NCBI GenBank assembly: GCA_047495785.1
Contig: JBLDXI010000003.1
Span: 3,410,001 to 3,474,000 of the forward strand
Origin: Lepidodermella squamata
Taxonomy: Eukaryota; Animalia; Gastrotricha
Direction of reading: 5' to 3'
DNA length: 64,000 bases
In this document: positions 36,515 to 48,532 of the stretch, piece after piece
Layout of the letters: the number at the start of each line of letters is the position of its first letter
How positions within the stretch are numbered: position 1 is the first letter of the stretch
The notes under the pieces: model-generated
The model's database searches: none
Seen by the model: only the letters and a program-made list of their open reading frames with translations
What the model was told of the DNA's origin: nothing
Translations under genes and position numbers: made by a program

Positions 36515-37948
36515 TCATTCGTCATTGTCTTTCTTGTTAGGTTCGCTGTTAGCCTGAGGCTTGGGCGTTTCTTTCTTCTGTTCCAGCATGACCTTGGCCC
36601 GTTTTCGACGTAAATACTTGCGAGCTTTGATCAAGTCTGACATATCCGAAATGCTGAGAGAAAACGACACCTCAGAAGCGCTCTTATTCTCGCCACTTCT
36701 CTCGATCGAGCGAGGCGGCTCAGGCTTGGGCGGGTAAATAATTCTCGCAATGCCAGGCTCATCGTCACGCTCGTCACGCTCTTCACGCTCGGCCGACTTC
36801 CTGCCGTAGAAATTTGCAAGTTTACGAGCCCGAGACGATGATCCAGATGAAGCAGAAAACTTTCTCGTTCGTTTCTTCGGCTCACTGGCCTGGTTGGACT
36901 CCGACTTTTTAGGCCCCTTAGGATTCCGTTTGCCACGACTGAAGCTGCCGGATTTCGAGCGGCTTTGCTGCCTTTTAAACGGTCTAATTTTCTTCGGCCT
37001 TCCCGCATCAGATTTACGTCGAATAATCTTCTTTTTGGGTGGAATTTTTACCGGCCGCTTCGATGGAAGTTTCCGCACTCCTTCCAGAGAATCCTTCTTA
37101 GGTTGCTGCTTCGGTTTCTTGGCTGGGAAAAGCTTGGTTCTTTTAGCCTTGCTACTTGAAGCCGGTCTAACAAGCTTTCTCTTCGCTGGCTTTTTCACAG
37201 GCTTGACGATTTTATTCTTGTTAACAACATTTTTCTTGACTGGCTTTTTCGGACTTGGCTTCGGCGGGGTTCGTTTCTTCTTGGCTAGCTTATTCGGGAT
37301 TGAGTCCGAGAACCTTCGGCCATCTTTCAAGAATAATTTGCCTTTTCGCGAATTGTTAGCGGCTTTTTTCACTGGTTTCTTCCCATGCTTCTCCGGCAGC
37401 TTTTTCGGAATCGATGCAGACGGTTTACGCGATTTGTTAGCTGGACGAGGTTTCTTCGAAGGAATGCCAACTTCAGCCGAGTAAATCGAGTCGACCCATT
37501 TGGGTCGGTTTTTACGTTGGACCTTTTTCTTAGGCACCTTTTTGGCTGGTTTCTTCCGAATTTCACCAAGAGATATCTCACTCGAATGGACGCTTCCTCT
37601 CAGTTTCATGATCAGCCTTTGAGCTGAAAGAGAAAGCTCAGATTGGTCGCAGGGCTTCGAATTTTTCGGTTGAGCTTTCGGCCTTGAAGATGAAGGCTTC
37701 TTGCCAGGTCCCGACCGACCATCGCTTTGTTGACGGCGGTAATTTTCAACTGGCTTCTTATTTCGAGGGGCATTTTCCGATGAATCAGCTGCAGGTGCCG
37801 AGCCGGCGTCTGACTTTGAGCTGGCAACATCTCCAGCCTCAGCTTTATGAAAAAAAACCCAAATTTTAAGGTGGAATTTTCAAAATTATGCGAACTAACC
37901 TAGGCAAAGCAGGAGAAAAACTGCGGCAGTGAATAATAAAAGCCGCAT
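36515..37948 (-). CDS. Secreted very Lys/Pro/Arg-rich protein, 458 aa (exons 37948-37900, 37842-36515)
   Basis: MRLLLFTAAVFLLLCL G|gttagt ... cataaag|CT GAG GCT, open into track ORF 36515-37609; many KKP motifs. Confidence 0.85.
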
Positions 37949-38411
37949 GCTCGGCCTGCTAATAAAAATATGTGAAAAATAATTCCTATAATACGTGAAA
38001 AATTAGGATAAAAAACCGAAAACGTTCTCGAAATTAACCTCAAGAACGTAAAACGCTGTGAGGTTCGCACGTTTCCTCATTATTAAACCACGCGCCTCGT
38101 CATGTTGTTTTTTCCTAAACACGCGATCTGGATAAAGGATTGTGAAAAGGTTCTTAATTTCAGCAGACCAACATTTGACCGGATTTGAAGCCAAAAGTGC
38201 ATTTTCCCAAAATTTCTGAAATTTGACCATAAATAAAAAAATAGCCGACCCTAACATTCTATACGTGATTTCCAGTATAAGGCCTATGGCCATCCCTTCC
38301 AAAAAAAAATGTTCGAAATTCCTTTTGGTGATCAATAAATATTTTGTTTCGAAAATCAACCTGTAACCCAGATGATTATTTTATTTATCGATTATCGAAT
38401 ATGAACCAAGT

Positions 38412-39408
38412 TTAGCAAATCGGGGAACAATTTTTAATCAAAGCTAATTCGGGATGATTTTCGATATTTACATCAATCGGATTAAACGCTTCTAAGACGA
38501 AAGTTTTGTTGGAAGCAGTCGTAAGCGTTGGCTTCACGTGTCTGCCCCAATTAAACATTGGATCCGGCCATATTGTAACATTCCACGTTTTTGTCAACAA
38601 ACTAAAAACAGTTTGGTCATGTCTATTCATAATGAAGTCGGGTTTATCTTTTCGGAAAAGGCTGGCTGAGCTTGAGACGATTCTTGGATCCTGCATGTAA
38701 GTCAGCCATTCGCTAACGAAAAGAATAGCTCGAGGAGTTCGGCGAAAAAAGCTGAACCCAGCTCGAACTTGGGCAGTTTCCGCCACCCTACCAGAGTCAG
38801 GCATACCCATCAAAATGAAAGAATCAGCTTTGGACCATTGCCATTCTGGAAAGCCCTGGTAAAACGCTACTACGTCAGCTTTTATCCGATCCTTTGAAAA
38901 ACGATTCATCAGCATTTGTAAAAAAAAGTTAATGAAAGCCAACCTGAAGGCATAAGTAAGGTTCAAATGAGCTGATAATGTCCCAATCCGAATCAAGGTA
39001 GAATAAATAGTCATTTTTTCTCATTGCGAGAAGTGTGTTGAAAATGATGTAGGGTTTCCACATCCATAGCCCATATCCGAAACCTTGGTCGAAAATGGCT
39101 TTGTTCCGCCTTCGAAAATCTTCGTCGATGAATGCAGGCGAGAACGTTACGCAAACATCGGCGCCATATTTTAAGGCGGATTCACAGCTTGCCTTTAACC
39201 GGGAGCCGTAGCTATTCGGGTTGCTGCCGAAATTTACGAAAATCAGCCGATTTTTTGGCGAGCATGATTTTTGAACACTTGAAGATCGATATGTGACCTG
39301 TATGCCGGGTGAATATACAAATTCTTGGTCTTCGAAAATATTCAAAGCTAAAGCTGATAGGGAATTAATGAAAAGAATGAAGTGTATCGCGAACCAGATG
39401 ATATACAT
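38412..39408 (-). CDS. Putative GT-A fold glycosyltransferase (WKP...DxD...RHDQ type), exons 39408-38944 and 38891-38412
   Basis: N-terminal signal/anchor; GYGLWMWKPYII; YLFYLDSD (DxD); NRHDQTVFSLL. The apparent frameshift between two track ORFs is resolved by a 52-nt intron CAG|gttggc ... ttcaaag|GAT. Confidence 0.7.
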
Positions 39409-39784
39409 TTTTCTGGCCTAGAATTTTCCACGGTGCTGCTTTGTCTTGGTGGAAGAGTATCAACCCACGTTTTCCGACCCATGTTTAAGTATTAATGTAA
39501 GCGATCACGCGGGCGATAGCAATAAGTGTATGATAAATATTTCATAGGCTCAATAAGTAAGACGCATAGTCTGAGATTGAACCCGCCAACGGACCGAGCT
39601 GCAGTAATTGATCAAATTCGATGATTCATTCAAAAAAATGGAGACGCAAAAATGGGTTTTATTCTATAATATATGATTATAATTCGCAATCGGAAATACA
39701 TTTTTTCATCAGTATCATTTCTTTCAATTTCGACTCAAAATGAAAATAAATTATTATTTCAGCGGGACATTGTCACTCGAATGT

Positions 39785-42391
39785 CTAATGGTGATGATAA
39801 TCGGCGTAGGGGTTGAAGTTTTCGCGACCCTGGTAGTCTCCCGAATAGTCGTAAGCGCCGAAGAAGCCCTGGCGATGGTCGTCGTAGTAGTAATTCTCCC
39901 TCTCCTTGCTCAATTCACACTGCCCGCCACTGACAGACTTTGCCTTTTTCTCACGCTTCGGCGCTGATTTCTTGTTGTAGCCGGACTTTTCTTCATCGTA
40001 ACTGCGAGACTTTGGCTTGGTGTAGCTTTTCTTCTCGATTTTAGGGTGGGACTTCTTGCCGTACGAGGCCTTTTTCTTCGGAGCCGAAGCCGACTTGCTG
40101 TAGCTGCCGGACTTGGAGACAACTTTCTTGCCCTCGTACTTTTTACCTTGAGTCTTCTTGCCCTTACCCTTGCCCTTCACAGAGGCAGATTTCGATCCTT
40201 TGCTATAGCTACCGGAGCCGTAGCTCTTCTTAGGCTTTGCGGCCTTTTTTGTAGGTTTTTTCGCCTTAGAGTAAGAGGCAGCCTTCTTGCCATACTTGCT
40301 GGGTTTCTTGTTTTGCTTCGGGGCGCTGTAAGACCGATCCTTTGAGACGGAGACAGATTTCCGGTAGTCATGAGTGCCGCGGGAAGCATTAGCATTGGCG
40401 CGTTTGCGGCCGTACTTAGCTCCAGCCTTGCGGGCGTGGGCAGAGTCGGAGACGGAAGTCTTCTTGTTGCTGGCCTTGTACTTGCGGGCATTGTGGGCAG
40501 CGCGGGAGACGGAAGCCGAGGCACGGCGTTGGTGGGCCTTGTTGCGCTTCGCCGACTTCGAGGCAGCAGCGGCAGTGGCAGCCGAGTCGTAGGACGCATA
40601 GGCAGCGGAGTGGGCCTTGCGAGCCTTCTTGCCGCCGGCCTTCTTTCCGGTCTTTTTGCGGGTAGCAGTGGTGGCAGCGCCATCAGAGTCGTAGTAGCCG
40701 AACTTCTTGGAAGACTTTTCTTCGCTGAACTTGTTTTCCTTGTTGTGGCCCTTGTCGGCGAAGCCCTTCTTCTTGAACTCAACCTCATCTCCAGTCTTGT
40801 CATGGTCCTCGTCCTTGGTGAAACCAGCCTTGCGTTGTGTGTGAGATTTACCGAATTTCTTGCCTCGCTTGTGCTTCTGAGCAGCAGCAGCTGCGCCAGA
40901 GTTGTAGGACGCCTTGCCGAATTGCTGGACAGCTCCAGAACCACTGGCGCGGAACTTGCGGCCACGGCGCTTGCTGCCGGCCTTCGATTTCTTTTGGTCG
41001 TAGGCAGAGTCGCGCTTGCCAGCCGAGGCGTAGCTGGCTGAGGCGCGTTCGCGGTTGGCAGAGCGGTTCTTGATAAACTTGCGCTTGTCGCTGGTCTTCT
41101 TGTTGTGGGAAGCATCGGCCGAGGCGTAGTCGACGGCACCGAATTCAGCTGCAGCTGAGGCGGATTTGCGGTCGTAGATGTCGCGTTTGTCGACTGAGAC
41201 AGAGTACGAAGCCTTCTTACCTCTTTTGCCTCCCTTCTTGTAACCTTCTTTCTTGAATCCTTTAGTACAAAAATATTTAGATTTAGAAGATAGAGTGGCT
41301 ATTGGGTGTCACCTGACGAACCAGCACGCTTCTTATTGTAACCACTTTTCTTGACTTCTTTCTTTCCCTCGCCTAAATCAATTCTTCATTAGAATATAAC
41401 TGGAGAAGTGTTATACTATTTCTTACTCTTAGACACTGACTTCTTGTAGCCGAACGAGCGATTGCCGTAAGAGACTGACTTGGAGACAGACTTGGAGGCC
41501 TTCTTTCCACCATAATGGCCAGATTTCTTTTTCGCCGGAATGGCCTTCGGCTTCTTGCTCTTGCCGTATGAAACCGACTTCGTATCAGATTTGCTGTTGG
41601 AAACCTTCGGCTTCACGACCTTCTTGCTCTTCTTCGGCGCCTGCTTCTCCTTAGGAGCAGCTTCAGGGGTGTAAGCGCTCTTCAGACGGATGGCACTAGG
41701 GTTAAATCCGCCCTTGCTTGGCTCTTGATAACCGCTGTTCGATCGTTCACTGGCGCTAGCAGATCGGCTGTCGCTCTTCTGAGCCTGGCGTGTCTTGTGG
41801 TTAATTGCCCCACGACGACGACCTACAATAAATTATATGAATCATTAATTATTTAATTTTCCCGTGTGGATCCGAAAATTCCCAGCTTTGGTAAAACGAG
41901 AAAGAAAAATTGAGAATTTTCAGCTCAAATTTTGAATAAAGATTGGAATTTGAAATGGGTTTTTCAAAGTGGAACCCTGAATTTGAGGCTAAAAAAGGTT
42001 TTTCGAGGTTAATAATATTGAAAAATTCGTCTTGACCTTAATTTCCGGTCTAATTAGGTCACCTAGGAAATTGTAAAAAAAGCGGCTCGATTTTGATTAG
42101 AGTGACTCACCATGTTTGGCTTGGTTTTTCTCCTCGCTGCTGTCGATGCTGGTTGAAAATGAGCCAGAGTTGTACTTGCGGCCTCTCAGCTCTAGCAAAT
42201 GTTTGCGAGCTTTCACAATATCGGAGAGATCGGACAAGCTGGTCGAGAACGAAACCTCAGTATGAACCTTGCGTCCTTTCTTCGCAAATGCTGTTGGCAG
42301 AAAATTTGAGACGAAATTGAACAAAAAATCTCAACTAACCATCAACGCAAGAAAACAGCGCTAGCGCGAGTAGCGCGAGATAAAAACGCAT
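39785..42391 (-). CDS. Secreted Lys/Ser-rich protein, 720 aa, hairpin-family member with Tyr/His tail (exons 42391-42340, 42290-42111, 41822-41427, 41372-41313, 41259-39785)
   Basis: All four introns are GT-AG and phase 1; total 2163 nt. The last exon carries the FKKKGFADKGHNKENKF core and ends ENYYYDDHRQGFFGAYDYSGDYQGRENFNPYADYHHH. Confidence 0.8.
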
Positions 42392-43685
42392 AATGCCTAG
42401 AGAATTAAATCCGAAATTTCGGGGAAAATAAGTTGTATAAAACTGTCTCTAATCGAACTAAAACATAAGTCTAGTTGGCTGATAATTTTTTGAATGAACA
42501 GATTTTTTCGAATTAACCACGTGCCGGTGTTGCGCAAGCTGAAAAATTCCGACCATTGAAAACAACGCGTGCTCAGCTTGTTTTTTAAAAAACGGCGGGC
42601 GGGTTGTAATTACAACAACAAGAATCGGCGCGCGATTGCTTTCGGAACAGTTGACCTGGTTTTTATGCTGTGTTTACGCAGGTGAAACCGATAATTGGAA
42701 TTCAGAAAAAAATTGGATAAAAATTACGCAATGGAGACGAAATTAACCCGAAAAATGATCTGCCTTTTTCTGATGCCAAAGATAATTTATTTTTAGCTAC
42801 ATACCTGGTACAATCGTATAGGTAAATAACTCTTATTTCTTTGTTTTCCAGACAGCTGTTATCGGAAAAATCCCTGATTTTAACTATTGATACTTAAAAT
42901 CGATGTCGTTCTGCAAGATTTAACCGACACATTATCGAAATTGTGATGTTAAATTCCGAATTATTCAACCTAACAGAGTGAGCTCTCAAATAAAAAATAA
43001 AGACTTTGACTCTAACGTGACGATTCTCATATCCGTGACCCCATGATATCCGTGGGTCACGTGAGTCGGGTCACGGATCACGGGTCGCGGGCTTGGACCA
43101 GTTTGACCTATATTTCTGATTAGCTCTCCTTTATGGAACCTTTATTGAATCGACATTGGAAATTTTCAACTGTGGAAATCTTAAATTCTTTTCCGGAATT
43201 CATTACAAATCCGTTTTTATTGTTGGTTATTAGGTTACCAAAGGTCGTTAAAATTTTTGTTGAAAACAAGCTGTGCACTATGTCAGTGTAAAATTATATT
43301 TTCTTGGGCTAGCAGTTGAAATTCGAACTGAAATTGGCTACTTTTGATTATCGGCTCTCTATAGGTTGGCGGCTTCTTCGAATCAGGCTTTGATATTACA
43401 ATATTTTACTCTTTCGAGGAAGCCTGATGAAATAAAGGCATTAACGGAAATCAAGGTCAACAAAAAGCATTGGTATAATGTTGCAATTTTCTTTTATTCC
43501 TGTGTTCGAAAATATTTGATTAGTTCCGAACATAGAATCTCACCATAATAGCTCATATATAATTGAAATAAAAATCATTCAATATTCAAAATCGATAAAT
43601 CGATTCGAAACATGCATCTCTGTAATTTTGATCACAAATAAATCGAAAAATATCGCTCGAATCAGTCGTGACTAGTGTTTGGATT

Positions 43686-45581
43686 TTAGTAATTGCCGCG
43701 GTATTGCTTCTTGCCGCCGTGCTGCTGGCCAGCTCCGGAGTAGGAATCGCTGAAACGCTTGGCGCCGCCCTTCTTCTCATGGGCTCCAGATGAGGCGGAT
43801 TGAGCCGACTGCTTGTTGTACGAGCGAGACGAGGCGCTGAAGCTCTTATCCTGGTACTGCTGCTTCTTCGGCTGCTGCTTCTTGGCCGGCGCCTTCTTAG
43901 CCTGCTTCTTAGCCGGCTGCTTCTTGACCTGCTTCTTCGCCTTGGCGTTGTTGTATTCGGAACGGGCGGAGCGAGACGCGTAATGGCCGCTGGCGCTGGC
44001 TTTCCTGTAAGCCGCAGCCGAGTTGCGGTACTTCTTCTCGGCGGCCGAGGCGGACTTCTCGGAGGCGTACGAGGCGTACGAGGCAGAGTGAGCGCGGCGG
44101 TCGTCACGGGTGCGTTCCTTCTTGTCCAACTTCCTGCGAGTCGCAGCCTTGTTGCGGCCAGACGATTCGGCCTAAGGAAAACCAAATAAAAACAATTTAA
44201 ACAAAACAAAACAATCTAGTTCTAATGAGGACATTTCGGGTAATTTTCAACAACTAGAATAATCATTCATTTCCCAAATTGACCCCGGAAATATTCCATA
44301 ACCTCAAGGCTATGAAAACAATTTAACGATGTTGTATCGTGAACCAGTTCACGAGTCAGAACCGGTTGATATCGGCAAAATCATTGATTTGTAAAATCGA
44401 TAATTTAAATCGATATCGATCAAATTTAGCGCTGGAACCCTCACAATTTTTTTCAGATTTTAAAACTTTCGAATTTTTAGGACTTTTTGTTCCGGTAAAA
44501 GAAATTAAAAAAATAGTTTCAACAATTTTAATCTGGAAAGTTTTGAAAATTCTTTCAATTTGGTGGATTTCAATTTTTAATTTTTTAATTGCTTCTAAAT
44601 TGTTCCTTTTCGTTGTATTCTCAATTCGGTTTTTATCCCCGATTAAATTCAAAAAAATATGAATCCTATTTTGGACAAAATCCAAAATTTAACGAAAGAG
44701 CCTCAAATTTAATTTACCAATTTTATTAAGGAGGAATTTTTCATTTTTTATCTTTTTTATCCTATCCTTAATTCGGTTTTTAATATTAGTTAATTAATTT
44801 TAGTTTGATTTAAATAAATAAAACCGACCTTCTTGTACTGATGAGCAGCAGCATCGGCGGCGACCTTGTTGATGCTCTTTTTCTTGGACTTGCTGAAGTG
44901 GATCTTCTTGTAGATTTCAATGGTAATCGAGCGGTCCTTCTCCATCGAAGCATCGACCTTGAGTTCACGGTTGCGGTTCGACTTGCCAGACTTCTTGCCG
45001 CGCTTGTGCTTGTTGCTGGCAGCAGCCTCGGCCGACTCGGAGATCTTCAAATCGAACGAGTGAGACTCCTGCGATTCGCTTTTGCGCGCCTTGCGGCCGC
45101 GGCGTTTCGCGTTCGCCTTCGCGCGACGGCTTTCGTAGGTCGAATTTTTGCGCTTCTTCTCAACAGCCGACGCCGAGTAGGAGGCCTTCTTCTCAGACCG
45201 GCTGCGCTTGTAGTTGCCCGACTTTTTCTTGGGCGCCGATGATTCCTGCTTCTTCGCCTTCTTGCCCTTGCTCTTCTTACCTTTCTTGGACTTCTTAGCC
45301 TTGCTCGGCTTCTTCGCAGCAGATGAAGCAGAGTACTTCTTGTTGCCATTGTTATCGTTATTTTTATTTTCAGTACCAGGCATGCCCGGGAAAATTGGCA
45401 CGTCGATCTTCACAACGGGAATTTGAGCGCCATTGTTGTTGTCGTTCTGGCCATTCTGGTCGCCGGCGTTGTTAACAGCTGGAGAAAAAATTGAGTAAAA
45501 TCCGGAATTTTAAGAGCTTGATATTGGAAAATTACCGACGCAAAACGCGGCAATGACAGCCAAAGCCAAAATAATCCTCAT
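43686..45581 (-). CDS. Secreted Lys/Ser/Ala-rich protein, 393 aa, divergent hairpin-family member (exons 45581-45536, 45478-44829, 44171-43686)
   Basis: MRIILALAVIAAFCV G|gtaatt; phase-0 join YKK|gtcggt ... ccttag|AES. KHKRGKKSGKS and AHSASYAS segments match paralogs. Asn-rich N-terminus; ends YRGNY. Confidence 0.8.
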
Positions 45582-46096
45582 CTTTCAGATAAATATGATG
45601 AGACTGAAATTAAATTAAAAAAAATTGAAATGAAATACCTTCTTATTTCGAATTAGTTATTCCTGAATAATGATTTTTTGTAGTAAAATCAAGCGTTTTT
45701 ATTAGTGAGCCAGTGACGGTGTTGCGTCACCGGGCTGCGATCGGTTTTTCTCTCACGAGTCGCGCGAATGTTGAAATTTTTCAGTCGAAACGCGTGCTTT
45801 TGCAAAATTGTTTTTCAAGGCTAAGTAAATGCGTTGTTTCATTCATTAGGTGATCACATGGACACGTGGCGGCTAATGGTCTAGAGATACAATAACACAG
45901 GTTGACCTATTTTATTTTAGGGAAATTTGAACCGGTTTCGGAAATTAATTCAACTCACAATTGTCGCAGACAGTTTTTATTTCAAATAAATTAAAAATTA
46001 TTTCAATTTTATTTAGATTTTAGATGCTCTTCATTAGTTAGTCCTCGACTTTGATTTTTATTCCTCTCCTTTATTTTCTTGTTAGATATCGGAATA
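45582..46096. promoter_or_regulatory. Probable bidirectional promoter between head-to-head secreted-protein genes
   Basis: ATGs at 45581(-) and 46097(+) are 516 nt apart; contains ttgcgtca 45722, acgcgtg ~45790 and cacgtg ~45863. Confidence 0.5.
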
Positions 46097-47191
46097 ATGA
46101 AGGCAATTTTAGCTATCACCGTTGCCATTTTGCTGGCTTCGGCCGGTGAGTTGTCATTTTACGCTTGATTTATCTGATTTTATTCCGTTCCAGTCTTCGC
46201 CGGAGGAGCAAGGAAAGGCGGTAACAGAGGTCGCAAGTTGTCATACTCAGCATCAGTCGACAAACGCGACACCTACGACCGCAAATCCGCCTCAGCTGCA
46301 GCTGAATTCGGTGCCGTCGACTACGCCTCGGCCGACGCTTCCCACAACAAGAAGACTAGCGACAAGCGAAAACTGATCAAGAACCGATCGGCCAACCGCG
46401 AACGCGCCTCGGCCAGCTACGCCTCGGCTGGCAAGCGCGACTCAGTCTATGAACAGAAGAAATCCAAGGCTGGCAGCAAGCGTCGTGGCCGCAAGTTCCG
46501 CGCCAGTGGTTCTGGAGCTGTCCAGCAATTCGGCAAGGCGTCCTACAACTCTGGCGCAGCTGCTGCTGCCCAGAAGCACAAGCGAGGCAAGACATTCGGT
46601 AAATCACACACGCAACGCAAGGCTGGTTTCACCAAGGACGAGGACCATGACAAGACTGGAGACGAGGTTGAGTTCAAGAAGAAGGGCTTCGCCGACAAGG
46701 GCCACAATAAGGAAAACAAGTTCAGCGAAGAAAAGACGACCAAGACCTTCGGAGAAGCCAACTCCGATGCTGCTGCCACCACTGCTACCCGCAAAAAGAC
46801 TGGAAAGAAGGCCGGCGGCAAGAAGGCCCGCAAGGCTCAATCTGCGGCCTATGCGTCCTTCGACTCGACTGCCGCTGCCGCCGCTGCCTCGAAGAGCGCG
46901 AAGCGCAACAAGGCCCACAAACGCCGTGCCTCGGCCTCCGCAGCCCGTGCCTCGCAAAATGCCCATGACTTCAAGGCTAGCAACAAGAAGACCGCCGTCT
47001 CCGACTCTGCCCATGCCCGCAAGGCTGGAGCTAAGAAGTCGAAAAAGCACGCGAAAGCTAATGCTTCCCGTGGCACGAAGAAGTCGAGAAAGTCGGAAAA
47101 TGCTCGCATTAATACTGTTCCTGCCAAGAAAAAAGTTGCCCATTCTTTCGATAGCGTCGCCTCGGAGCTAAGCAACTCAAGTGATTTTTGA
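46097..47191 (+). CDS. Secreted Lys/Ala/Ser-rich hairpin-family protein, 348 aa (exons 46097-46145, 46194-47191)
   Basis: MKAILAITVAILLASA G|gtgagt ... ttccag|TC TTC GCC; in frame with track ORF 46238-47191; DKGHNK core. Confidence 0.9.
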
Positions 47192-47445
47192 ACGAATCAG
47201 CAAAAATGAGTCATATTTATTTGATGAATTGTCGCATGATTTTTCGGACATTTAATATTAACAATTCTGCAATAAAAACTATTTATCATTGCCGATTCCA
47301 CTCAAAGACGTTTTTTCAATGATGAAATCACCTGTAATTACGATGGCTGAGTTCGGCGGTTTTGATCACGGCGACAATTAGCAATAAAAGCTTGTCTGAA
47401 TTTACGAGCTCATTCATTTTGATCCAACAAAGAACAGACCTAAAA

Positions 47446-47750
47446 TACCGTAGTGCCCGAAATGTTGGGCCTGTCCTTAATTTTGTTCGAAACAAGTCGA
47501 AACCCTGTCTTATATTTGAGGCCTGACCTTTATTATTTCGAGGAGAAGGCGATCATGAGGCGTAGTAGAATCCGAATTCCTTTAAACTATTTCTCAATTG
47601 ATCAAAATCTATCATAAAATGATGACACACGCGTGGGCGACCTGACTATTACTTGAGGCCTGACCGTTATTATTTAGAATGACCCTTGGACCCCGCCGTC
47701 TTTTATTTGAGGCGACTTTTATACGAGAGTAACTTTCGGGCAGTACGGTA
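47446..47750. mobile_element. Tc1/mariner-pogo-type MITE (second family)
   Basis: TIR TACCGTAGTGCCCGAAA / TTTCGGGCAGTACGGTA (1 mismatch), TA flanks, internal repeats tgaggcctgacc. Confidence 0.75.
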
Positions 47751-48532
47751 TAGGCAATCCGCTTCGACGTCGCAGAGCACCGTAGGTATAATATCACTGA
47801 CATTATTAGCCCATTTCGGTTAATTGGGTAAAATCCATAGAAATCTCAACGGGTAAAATCAGACGTTTTTTTGCAGAACATTATCCGTATCTTTCTAGCT
47901 TCTGGATTGTCCGAAACTCAAGTAGGTAATTAGATCCCACTTTTCATGCAAAGGTTCAAGTAGTGACTTTTCGATTTTCGATTTGGGAAACTTGACCCCT
48001 CTGCTAAATAAAACATTTCCAAAATTAATTAACGCTATAATGTTCCACATGCTTCAACCGTAATTAGAATAGCTTCATTTCTGCGAACTAGAGTACATTT
48101 CAAGATCCAACATTCAAAAAGAGCGGACCAACGGACTTTTCCAATAATCATTTCCTTAAGATTTAGTCGTTTCGGCTCACTCGGAAAAAAGGTTTTTCAC
48201 CAGTTGAAATTGCGGCTATTTTATAGATTTCACGTTTTAGAACCTGAATTCACCTGATCGGGGCAAATTTGTTAAAAATGAAAATATTTCCAATTTCTTC
48301 AAGCGTGATGTGTTGTTTACAATCAGTAAATCAAATCGCGTGATCAACCTTGATGAAAAACATGCTTTCCACGCCGTTTTCCACACCGGAATCGCGTGCT
48401 CGCTCGGTAGTTTTCCCGGTTGCGCAACACGTCGATTGATTGGATATAAAACCAACCCGGAATCAAGACCAATATCATCAAGTTTTAATATTTCTATATT
48501 TATTATTCAATTAAAACATATCTATTCCTAAA

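Noticed and set aside
36515-37609. Histone H1 or protamine-like call for the Lys-rich proteins
   Set aside because: No H1 globular domain, and every such gene has an N-terminal signal peptide after splicing.
38890-39014. Apparent frameshift or pseudogene in the glycosyltransferase-like gene
   Set aside because: Resolved by a canonical 52-nt GT-AG intron (38943-38892) of typical size for this genome.
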